The translations under genes were made by a program, and so were the position numbers. From the NCBI RefSeq assembly GCF_000018105.1, contig NC_009929.1, forward strand, positions 60,001-92,000: a stretch of DNA of 32,000 bases, written 5' to 3'. The notes beneath the pieces were generated by a model. That model did not search any database. It worked only from the letters and a program-made list of their open reading frames with translations, and was not told the origin of the DNA. Origin of the DNA: Acaryochloris marina MBIC11017 (lineage in GTDB: Bacteria > Cyanobacteriota > Cyanobacteriia > Thermosynechococcales > Thermosynechococcaceae). This document shows positions 1-8,192 of the stretch, in pieces (the stretch's first letter is position 1; the number at the start of each line of letters is the position of its first letter).

Positions 1-167
1 CCGGAGCATCCAAGGTATTGCCAGTCATTTAAAGCTAGAAAAAACGAACAAGTTTTGTAACTCTGATGAGCTTTCAGTCGGTCTTTTGCGATCGCAACTA
101 CGATACCAATCATCTGAAGAAATATTTGAGATTTATTTGTTCCGAGAGCTAAGAAATCTGGGGAGAG

Positions 168-503
168 TTGTTACTAGAAGCACTGGAAAAGTTGCTCAAC
201 GACTTAAATCAATCTAGAGGACAACTCATGAATCCATCTCAGACTTCAAACCTAGCCACAGAAAAAAAACCTCAAGGGATGAGACTGAGGGACAGATTGA
301 TTTTATTTGGATTGCAAGAGGGTTACTACGACGTGTCTTCGCTGACCGCTTTCTATAACCTCAATCGTCCCAGCATGACGGCTCAGTATGGAGAGCAAAT
401 TCCCGGAGAGCGGTATTGCTATCGAATCACTGAACTGGGGATTATCTGGTGCCAGATTTGGCGTTCGAAACCTCTGATACCCATCCCCAGAACTTACACC
501 TGA
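168..503 (+). CDS. hypothetical protein; the tracked ORF starts at TTG 168, but ATG 228 is a more likely start
   Basis: Open frame of 111 codons. AGAGGA lies about 8 nt upstream of ATG 228. No motif recognised. Confidence 0.35.
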   Translation: MLLEALEKLLNDLNQSRGQLMNPSQTSNLATEKKPQGMRLRDRLILFGLQEGYYDVSSLTAFYNLNRPSMTAQYGEQIPGERYCYRITELGIIWCQIWRSKPLIPIPRTYT

Positions 504-526
504 AACTACTTTATGGAGGTTATCTA

Positions 527-637
527 ATGAAAGGCTGTCTGATAGTTCTTCTGATCCTGATTACCCCCTTACTGCTCCTCGCAGGCCCCATCGGTTGGGT
601 CTTAGGGATTATCGCTTGGATTTTGCTCCTGAAGTGA
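527..637 (+). CDS. small hydrophobic membrane peptide, 36 aa (MKGCLIVLLILITPLLLLAGPIGWVLGIIAWILLLK)
   Basis: ATG at 527 lies inside tracked ORF 449-637 in the same frame. GGAGG sits 7 nt upstream. The sequence is almost entirely hydrophobic, with a basic residue at each end. Confidence 0.45.
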   Translation: MKGCLIVLLILITPLLLLAGPIGWVLGIIAWILLLK

Positions 638-694
638 GGTGCTAGATTTTTTAGTTTTGCACCAATTCCGACTTCACACCTGAAATCACCCCAC

Positions 695-1025
695 TTTTCA
701 GATTCCATCTGGAAACTGAACTCTTAAGCTATGACCGACAACCCGCCAGAACCAACTGAGGTTAACCCTTCCGGGCAGACTGCTAGCCCCACAGAGAAGC
801 GGGTTCTGGAGGCATTTGCAGGCATGATGCGGAGTTGCGATCGTATCCGCGATACCGTCCGAACGACCAGAGAGCGAGTAAATAAGGAAACGACAAATTT
901 ATAGATTCTCTAAGGAATCTGTATTACCTAATCATTTCAGTCTCCGCGTGGAATCTGAGTTACCTAGCCCATAGAGTGCCAACTTACTAATTTTCAGAAT
1001 CCACAGAGATTCTGTATTACTTAAC
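695..1025. repeat. four dispersed copies of an imperfect palindromic motif, roughly TTTCAG-AWTCC-N4-GGAWTCTG-(T/A)(A/G)TTACCT
   Basis: Copies are cagattccatctggaaactg (699-718), agattctctaaggaatctgtattaccta (903-930), cagtctccgcgtggaatctgagttaccta (938-966) and cagaatccacagagattctgtattactta (995-1023). The last copy ends about 18 nt before ATG 1042. Confidence 0.6.
731..904 (+). CDS. small hypothetical protein, 57 aa (MTDNPPEPTEVNPSGQTASPTEKRVLEAFAGMMRSCDRIRDTVRTTRERVNKETTNL)
   Basis: Hand-translated ATG..TAG frame, below the ORF-track length cutoff. It lies among the repeated palindromic motifs. No SD sequence. Confidence 0.3.
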   Translation: MTDNPPEPTEVNPSGQTASPTEKRVLEAFAGMMRSCDRIRDTVRTTRERVNKETTNL

Positions 1026-1041
1026 TGCTGGAGTAAAAACT

Positions 1042-4000
1042 ATGACTGCAACAAAAGACGAAACACTGACCATTGTTCCTGGCTGGAGCGAGGATAATTC
1101 GAGCGATACCCCAGACGCATTGAAGGCATTCCTAGACACCAAGCCGATTAATCGCAGTACCTATATCTCTGCCCCTGGATATTCGTTTGATTTGGAAGTC
1201 CATCACTGGGGTGATCGTTTTACGATTACAGCTCGAATGGGCGAGGATGCCTGGAACATTTACAGCTCCCACACTTTTGACTTCAGCGACCAGGAAAGCT
1301 CTACAGATAGTTGGTATCGATCAGATGATATTCAGATGACTCCACAGCATTACGAAGCTGTGACCAAGCTTATTGGCGATATTGGCATTGAAGGGCCAAC
1401 TATACCTACAGAGTTGAGCGGCTGGGTGAGTCAGGACCGAAGTGAGTCAAGGCATTTAAATTTTCGGTTCGAGGATAAAGGGAACAGGCATTACCTGGGA
1501 CTCGACCTGGTTAGGCATGGCGACCCAGATAAGATTGACAGACTGATTCGTGATCATCGTTTTGATGAGCTGGTTGCTCTGGCAACTGGTGAGACAAATG
1601 CCCACCTGAATTATCCCCACCATGCAAATTTAACCAATTTGAGTCCTCGACAGATTGAGGATTTCATTCTAGCTGAGGCTGCTTGCTTAGCCCCAGAGTA
1701 TGAGCTAGAGCCTCACCAGATGCAAAATATCCTCCAAGACATGTCAGCTTCAGTACTGAACTCTCGGGGATACAAGCCAGACTATGGGTATCAGATTGCA
1801 GCAGGTAATTCAGTCGAGCCTCGGACTAATGACTTCAGATCATCGGTTACGTGCAGGGGGGAGTGGGCACTGGAATTTAATTGGGAAGATGACTATCACT
1901 CGATGCCACTTGGTGGTGAACCGGGTGATACCTTCCAATCAGACGAGGATCGGGCCGCAGTCGTCACGGATTATGGGAACCTGGGCGCGATTGAGAAGAT
2001 GATTCAAGATTCTCGCTTTCGTGAACTGGCAACTGCTTCAGTCAGCGCCCCTGCTCACTACCATTACTACCCTGAACTGAACAATATGCAAGGGGTATAT
2101 CCAGAGGTAGCCAAGGAAAGAATAGAATCCCACCTGCTTCTTGTCGCTACTGAATATGGCCTCGCGGAACGAGGGGTTCGGTTGCTTGAGGATATGCGAT
2201 TGAAGGTGATGGAGGATCGGGGAGACCACAAGAACCACTCCTACGATGGATTATTGGGAATTGATCGTGTACCCCAAGATGAGTTGCAGCAAACCTTGCC
2301 AGAGCTGGATGTGAAAGCATCTGGTGTTGAGCTGCTGCCTAATATTCAGGAAATACCCCAATCAAACCAACAGCCAAACATCGATCTTTATCAATCCTTA
2401 TACGGAGCTGCTGATCAATATGGAGACTTCGATGTTGGTTTTACTGAGCTGGCATTGGGTAATGGGTACTCTGTGACAACCACCGATCAAAGCTTGAATA
2501 TTTTCAAAGATGATGAGCGAATCATTCACGTTGTCGCTGAAAACCCCAGCCCTTATGATGGATTTTTGCAAGAGCCTTTGCAAATAGAGGACAAGACTAC
2601 TCCAGGACAGAGAGAAGAGCTTCAGGTTGAGCTACATGAGCTAAAGCAGTGGGCAGAGAGAGATTTTGAAAAAAACCTTCAGGAAACACCAATCGCGGAA
2701 GGTGCTATTACCTTAGAGCAGTTAGCGAATAACACTCAGCAGATTAAAGGGCTAGCTGACACTCAAGTAACTAAAACGCCTTCTGTTCCCATCATCAAAT
2801 CCACTCAAAACGTTTTCTGGATCACCCATGAGGCTAGCTACCTTAAAAGTAATCTGACCTGTGTCAAAACAACCAGAACCCATACCCAAGCAAAGCTTGA
2901 TGCCTACTACATAATCAATGAAGGCTATGATCATTACGAGATTAATGATATTGAGCCACTGCCAGAATCTGTCTGTCACTTACTGGTCAAATTCTTTGGC
3001 TATGAGATTTGTGAGTATGATGATTCAGCGATAGAGATAGACCTGCTGTACATCTGGCAAGGGCCAAGAGATCCTGATATTAAGGTAGGAAATAAGAGCT
3101 GGTATCTGTGGCTGAATCTGTCAAGATTCCGCTGGGGGTTTTATCCCGAGCTAATGGCAATCATGGAAGGTCGCCTCAACGTTAATAGGTTGCCCCAGTA
3201 TCCTTGGAATTCTCAGCATGAGTCAGTGACTGGCTGGGATTGTGGTGATTATGTCATTGAAGTAGCGTTTAATTTGTTCAACAGCCAATCAGAGGCTGAA
3301 GAGTTTGGGGAGTCCTGCTATGCCCTTGCTCTCTATGAGGAATATTGCAACCTTCTCAAGCTCCTCTACATCGATCCATATGGTGATGAACAGCGTACCC
3401 CTATCCGCAAGGATGAGGTTAAGGTCTTTCTCAGTTCATCCGTTTTTGATATCAGGTCTGGAGATCTGCGTGATCGCGATGAATGGGAGCTTGTCCCAAT
3501 AGATGAATGGGACACCCCTAGTCTAGTTATTGGCGCTCAACTTTACTGCCAAGGTCGGGATGCTAAAGCAATAATAGCGTTAGAAATTCAGGAGCTGGGT
3601 GAGAAGGCGCATGACAAAGAGGAGGTGGTAACTGAGTCATTCAACGAAGACCAGTCTCCTGAGTGTATTCAAGAGGATCTGGAAAATCATCTAACTGTGG
3701 AGTTGATCGACGGTGAAGGCGAAACCCAAATTCGGCAACTCAGAATGACGATTCGAGATGTGGTTGTTGGTGTGAAAATTGGTTTTGAATCCTATCGAGG
3801 TGGGTTTAAGTCATACTATGAAGTTGATTTATCCGTTGTCGAGTCGATTGCAAAAGATCCACGTTTCAAGGAGCTGGTTGCTATCTCATCTGGGATGATC
3901 GATTACCCCTATGTAAAATACCCGGATTTTAGTAATGTCCAATGTTTGGACTCTGGAGATGATTTGAAGCGATTCGTCGAAAGTCGGGCATATAAACTTG

Positions 4001-4683
4001 GCGAAGAGTATGGTGATTCATCAATTGCTGGGAAGCTGATCGACGAGGTAAATCATTGCTATGCCCTGGAAGTAGATGTTTCTAGATATAAGATCCGCAA
4101 CGACGCAGTAAAGGGTATTCCTTTCAAGCCGTCAAAATTTAGAGGTGGCAAGATCGACCAAAGCGGTCGCCTTCCTGAATCCTATGTCAGTGTGGGCAAG
4201 GTTTACACCGACGACCAGACAAAAAATCTAGAATTGCCGATCAGGATTGGCTCTGAAGAGTTTACTGTGACCGTGGGTGTCGAAACCCAGAATGGCACGA
4301 GCTACAGCTATGGCGATTCATTAGAGCCTGTTCAGGGTATTACCCAGGACCAAAGATTCAATGAGCTGGTGGCAGCGACTGCTGGGATTAAAGAGTATCC
4401 CTATACCCATAATTTGGATTTTCGACATCCAGACAAACTAACGGTTGAAGAGGTGCAATCTACCATTAATCGACGTGCTGAGATCCTTGGGGAGGAGTAT
4501 GGAGTAAGGATTATGGGGGAGTCTTTGGTGGCTTGCATTGGCACTACTTATGCTGCATTACGAGGAACCACCAGAGAAGCTTTATTGCAGAGCTTTGTTG
4601 ATCCCAGTCAAGAAATTGAGCTAGAGGCGAATTGCCAATGCGAAAACAGTAGATCGTCCGATCAGGTTCTCACGAGTAGTTAA
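1042..4683 (+). CDS. large hypothetical protein (1213 aa) with four copies of an unrecognised internal module
   Basis: Uninterrupted 3.6 kb frame with GGAG about 10 nt upstream of the ATG. The repeated core D-x-R-F-x-E-L-[VA]-[AT] occurs at nt 1552-1578, 2008-2031, 3856-3882 and 4348-4374. No Walker A motif seen. Confidence 0.85.
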   Translation: MTATKDETLTIVPGWSEDNSSDTPDALKAFLDTKPINRSTYISAPGYSFDLEVHHWGDRFTITARMGEDAWNIYSSHTFDFSDQESSTDSWYRSDDIQMTPQHYEAVTKLIGDIGIEGPTIPTELSGWVSQDRSESRHLNFRFEDKGNRHYLGLDLVRHGDPDKIDRLIRDHRFDELVALATGETNAHLNYPHHANLTNLSPRQIEDFILAEAACLAPEYELEPHQMQNILQDMSASVLNSRGYKPDYGYQIAAGNSVEPRTNDFRSSVTCRGEWALEFNWEDDYHSMPLGGEPGDTFQSDEDRAAVVTDYGNLGAIEKMIQDSRFRELATASVSAPAHYHYYPELNNMQGVYPEVAKERIESHLLLVATEYGLAERGVRLLEDMRLKVMEDRGDHKNHSYDGLLGIDRVPQDELQQTLPELDVKASGVELLPNIQEIPQSNQQPNIDLYQSLYGAADQYGDFDVGFTELALGNGYSVTTTDQSLNIFKDDERIIHVVAENPSPYDGFLQEPLQIEDKTTPGQREELQVELHELKQWAERDFEKNLQETPIAEGAITLEQLANNTQQIKGLADTQVTKTPSVPIIKSTQNVFWITHEASYLKSNLTCVKTTRTHTQAKLDAYYIINEGYDHYEINDIEPLPESVCHLLVKFFGYEICEYDDSAIEIDLLYIWQGPRDPDIKVGNKSWYLWLNLSRFRWGFYPELMAIMEGRLNVNRLPQYPWNSQHESVTGWDCGDYVIEVAFNLFNSQSEAEEFGESCYALALYEEYCNLLKLLYIDPYGDEQRTPIRKDEVKVFLSSSVFDIRSGDLRDRDEWELVPIDEWDTPSLVIGAQLYCQGRDAKAIIALEIQELGEKAHDKEEVVTESFNEDQSPECIQEDLENHLTVELIDGEGETQIRQLRMTIRDVVVGVKIGFESYRGGFKSYYEVDLSVVESIAKDPRFKELVAISSGMIDYPYVKYPDFSNVQCLDSGDDLKRFVESRAYKLGEEYGDSSIAGKLIDEVNHCYALEVDVSRYKIRNDAVKGIPFKPSKFRGGKIDQSGRLPESYVSVGKVYTDDQTKNLELPIRIGSEEFTVTVGVETQNGTSYSYGDSLEPVQGITQDQRFNELVAATAGIKEYPYTHNLDFRHPDKLTVEEVQSTINRRAEILGEEYGVRIMGESLVACIGTTYAALRGTTREALLQSFVDPSQEIELEANCQCENSRSSDQVLTSS

Positions 4684-4731
4684 CCCCAGCTAAGGTGCAA
4701 GCTTTCACCTGGCCTTGTACCTTGGGCATCT

Positions 4732-5419
4732 GTGTCAAGCAAGCGGTTGCTGGAGAAACCAATCACCTGCACTAGGGCAAAGACCTTGCAGCAAGAACTG
4801 GATAAACATCGTCAGATCAATAAAGAGCCGCTTGCCCAAGTTTCAAAAATTGTAGATCTTGAGGATGAGGTTGAATTACTACGTTCTCAGAATCGAGAGT
4901 TGCTGGCTGCGCGGAAAGTAACTCAAGAAAAGGTGGTCAACTTACCAATTAGAAACCAGCCTGTGCACAAAAGTGATGTTAGAAAGGATAACTTTTCTGT
5001 GCAGATTAAAACTGAGCTAGAAACACTTGGGATTAAATTAACGAATACGCTACGCAAGACAATGGAAGTTGCGCATGAAGAAACTGTTGTCGAGGCCATT
5101 GAAGCCTTGATAACAGCTCTAGAAACAAGTGATATCAAGAGTCCTGGTGGGTTGGCTTAAAAAAGCTATCGAAGGTGGTTGGAGTCACAATGAAAGGCTC
5201 CAGAAACAAAAGAAGGTTCTGTATCCTGAAGGATTTAAAAAGTGGCATGAACAAGCAGTAAAGGTTAACTTTGTTCTAGATATTCCTATAGAATATCTAA
5301 ACCTTGATGAACGGAATGAAGCAAAAGTGAAGATAAATAAGCCAGGAATCTTTGGTGCACCTTATAGGGATCTGCATTGGAAGGAAGCTAAAATAGAGAT
5401 GCTAAATTTTCATAATTAG
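4732..5419 (+). pseudogene. single gene broken by, or requiring, a +1 frameshift (tracked as ORFs 4732-5160 and 5129-5419)
   Basis: The two ORFs overlap by 32 nt in adjacent frames. Skipping the T at 5152 (GGG T TGG) joins ...DIKSPGG to WLKKAIEGGWSHNE..., which reads as one continuous motif. Confidence 0.55.
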
Positions 5420-5452
5420 AATACATTTATATTATGAAAATTTAGCATCTCT
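5395..5452. repeat. 22-bp perfect inverted repeat with a 14-nt loop
   Basis: Arm agagatgctaaattttcataat (5395-5416) pairs with attatgaaaatttagcatctct (5431-5452). The loop contains the TAG stop (5417-5419) of the preceding ORF. It sits exactly where composition drops to AT-rich. Confidence 0.9.
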
Positions 5453-5546
5453 TCTGAGGAATGAGTTAATTTATTTTTATGAGAAATTTGGAAAAATATT
5501 CTTGCAAATCCTCTTGATGCTGCCATAGAGTAAAATTTAATCATAA

Positions 5547-7403
5547 ATGAGAAATAATCATAAAAAGAAAAAATTCAAAAAACAGAAAGACAATAACCCT
5601 CTAGACACAAAACAAATAGATTTAGAGATCCGTCTTGATGCAATTCTAAAAAGTAGATGCGGGGGAGCATATAATATTAATGGTATTAGATACCAAATCC
5701 TATATTCTATACTTAGAGGATTAGAACTCTATAATACACAATGCTCATTTAGCTCCATTAGATTAGAAGGTATTGAAGATTTAGATTGTCTAAAAATCAA
5801 CTTAAATAATGAGTATATACAAATTAAAACATCTAAAAACTCATGGAATTGGGCGAAGCTAAAAGAACCAGTTAAAAACTTCTTAATAGTTCTAAGTGAA
5901 AGTCCTAATTCGCTTTTTTCAATAGTTTTAAACTCTACATTTAAATCGGATGTTTTGAAGTTATCCAAGAAAGATAAACTTAACTCTAATGAATATGAAG
6001 GAATCAAGAATAAATTCATAAAATTATGTTCTGATGTTGGAGCTTCAAGAAATGAGGCTGAATTACTTTTTGAAAAAATAGGTATTAAGAATTTACCAGA
6101 GAAAGAAATTTATGAGGAGATAAAAATAGGGCTAACGAACGATTTTCAATTAGGTAGCAATCTAGTAGACACATACTTAGCTGTTCTAGTTAGTAAGTTT
6201 CTTTACTGGGCACAAGAAAGAGTAACTATTTCAAAAAAAGATATAGAGTTAATCAGAGTATCAATTGGTGACCATATTGCAAGTGAAGAACATCAAGCTT
6301 ATGGAAGAGGATTGATTGACAGGATATCTTGGAATATAGATGATAAACAGTCAGATTTTTTTGAAGGCAAAGGTACAAGACCTGGTCAAATATCAGCTGG
6401 TGTTGATGTAAGGAGAATACGCTGGCTGGAAAAAATTGACACTGCAATATATAAAACTAAAATTTGTGTACTCAAATCTTCCAGTGGTCAAGGAAAATCT
6501 GCACTACTTTACAGGTATGCTTACGAATACTGGAGGCATGAAGAGATTTATATTCTAAGAGTTGCTGAAACTGATGAACAAGCAGAGGCAGTATGTAAAT
6601 ATATTAGATTTATAGATAGCTTAGGCTTACCAATTCTCTTGCTTATTGATGATGCTGGGTTTCGAGCCAGAAAATGGCCTCAAATAGTTCGAGAATGTGT
6701 ATCACTGGGCATATATGTTCTAATGTCGGTTAGACATGAAGATTGGTTTAGATTTGCTAGAAGGGATATAACGAACTGGGAAGTCATTGAGCCAACTTTA
6801 GATTTAGCAGAAGCAAAGCAGATATATTCGACATTAAAAGCAGAGAATTATGTACATTCAAACGCTACGTCTCCTGAATGGGCATATGAAAAAATTGGTA
6901 CACCTAAACTTCTAATTGAATATACATATCTACTTACTCATGGGCGCATGATTGAAGACAGGCTCAGAGATCAAATTCAGCAGATTCAAGACCATAAAGA
7001 AGACCCTGCAAAAATTGAAATTCTAAGAAGAGTTGCACTGGCCGATACTCTCGGAACGCCTGTAGTTGCAAGTAGATTAATCAAGGACATTTCCCTAAGC
7101 TCAGACCCTCAACAACTTCTTAAATCACTGGTTGATGAGTATATAGCACTAGAAGAGACAGGAATACTAAGAGGTTTACACTGGGTTCGTTCAAATCACT
7201 TGACTTCGATTCTTCACGAAGGATATCCAAATATAGTAGACACCTTACTAAAGACAATAAACTCAGTCTTAGATATTGATCGTAAAAGATATATTGCAAA
7301 ATCATTATGCATAAATGATCTTAATCTGAATGAGTTTATTACTGGATTATCACAATTAGTCTCAAATGAAGACTTAATGACTTTTCTTGGCGTTGCTCAA
7401 TGA
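5547..7403 (+). CDS. N-terminal fragment (614 native aa plus GVAQ from the IS) of an IS-split Cap4/DUF4297-like nuclease and P-loop (STAND-like) NTPase
   Basis: Nuclease-like signature: GG (aa 39-40), RYQ (48-50), EGIEDLD (74-80), IQIK (91-94). Walker A SSSGQGKS is at nt 6477-6500 and Walker B LLLIDDA at nt 6636-6656. The last four codons and the stop lie inside the IS left inverted repeat. Confidence 0.8.
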   Translation: MRNNHKKKKFKKQKDNNPLDTKQIDLEIRLDAILKSRCGGAYNINGIRYQILYSILRGLELYNTQCSFSSIRLEGIEDLDCLKINLNNEYIQIKTSKNSWNWAKLKEPVKNFLIVLSESPNSLFSIVLNSTFKSDVLKLSKKDKLNSNEYEGIKNKFIKLCSDVGASRNEAELLFEKIGIKNLPEKEIYEEIKIGLTNDFQLGSNLVDTYLAVLVSKFLYWAQERVTISKKDIELIRVSIGDHIASEEHQAYGRGLIDRISWNIDDKQSDFFEGKGTRPGQISAGVDVRRIRWLEKIDTAIYKTKICVLKSSSGQGKSALLYRYAYEYWRHEEIYILRVAETDEQAEAVCKYIRFIDSLGLPILLLIDDAGFRARKWPQIVRECVSLGIYVLMSVRHEDWFRFARRDITNWEVIEPTLDLAEAKQIYSTLKAENYVHSNATSPEWAYEKIGTPKLLIEYTYLLTHGRMIEDRLRDQIQQIQDHKEDPAKIEILRRVALADTLGTPVVASRLIKDISLSSDPQQLLKSLVDEYIALEETGILRGLHWVRSNHLTSILHEGYPNIVDTLLKTINSVLDIDRKRYIAKSLCINDLNLNEFITGLSQLVSNEDLMTFLGVAQ

Positions 7404-8184
7404 CGGGATGACTCACGCAGGAATAGGTACTTCCCCAAACTTGAGATAGTGGATCAATAGTCGAATTGAATGCTTGAGCATGTCCACCGACTTTGAATAA
7501 CATAAAGTCTTGCGATGGAGCCGTGCCAAGTAATGTCGTAAACGAGTATTTTCTCCCTCTACTCGTGTCATGTAGGTCTTGCTAACAATCTGGTCACCCT
7601 CTGGGATAAAGCCTGGATAGACGGGATTGCCATCACTGACCCAGAAAAAACATTGCCAACAGACGATTGCTTGCCATAACGGTCGAAAGGTCTCAGCACT
7701 ATGGTCACCCACAACCCAGCCTAGAATGCCGGGGTGAAAATGATCCACCACAGTCCAAATCCAGACCTTATTGCGTTTTTTGCCCACAAAGGTTTCGAGT
7801 TCATCTAATTCTCCGACCTGTGGGATATCGTCGGGGTCATAAGCATCGGGTAATAGAACTCCAACTTGTTGAACCCAATGAATCACAGTGGTATGAGCAA
7901 CGCCTATGACTCGTTCGATACCCTTCAACCCCATTCCATTGACATACATTCTCAGGCAGAGTCGTTTCGTCCAATCACTGTAGCCACGCTTTGAGTAAGT
8001 TGAAAGAAACTGTCGTCCACAGGTCACACAGATATGATTTTGTTTACCTCGACGATGCCCATTCTTATGGATATGTTGACCACCACACTCAGGACACTTC
8101 ATACAGATTCCTCATGATGTTTGAAATAGTCATGAGGTTATCCTGACGCAATCCAATTAATTCATCCCGTCATTGAGCAACGCC
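7389..8184 (-). mobile_element. IS1-family insertion sequence (796 bp)
   Basis: Perfect 23-bp terminal inverted repeats: GGCGTTGCTCAATGACGGGATGA at 7389-7411 and its reverse complement at 8162-8184. An 8-bp direct repeat CTTTTCTT flanks them at 7381-7388 and 8185-8192. Size, inverted-repeat length and duplication length fit IS1. GC is host-like (33/60 on line 7681-7740) inside an AT-rich gene. Confidence 0.9.
7413..8102 (-). CDS. IS1 family transposase, single fused ORF (229 aa)
   Basis: N-terminal zinc finger CPECGG...CVTCGRQF, an HTH-like GIERVIGVAHTTVIHW, and DDE-type segments (IWTVVDH, VSDGNPVY, EGENTRLRHYLARLHRKT). Confidence 0.9.
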   Translation of the reverse strand: MKCPECGGQHIHKNGHRRGKQNHICVTCGRQFLSTYSKRGYSDWTKRLCLRMYVNGMGLKGIERVIGVAHTTVIHWVQQVGVLLPDAYDPDDIPQVGELDELETFVGKKRNKVWIWTVVDHFHPGILGWVVGDHSAETFRPLWQAIVCWQCFFWVSDGNPVYPGFIPEGDQIVSKTYMTRVEGENTRLRHYLARLHRKTLCYSKSVDMLKHSIRLLIHYLKFGEVPIPA

Positions 8185-8192
8185 CTTTTCTT

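Noticed and set aside
7667-7909. An 80-aa ORF antisense to the IS1 transposase.
   Set aside because: It lies inside the transposase CDS. IS1 elements have no known gene on that strand.
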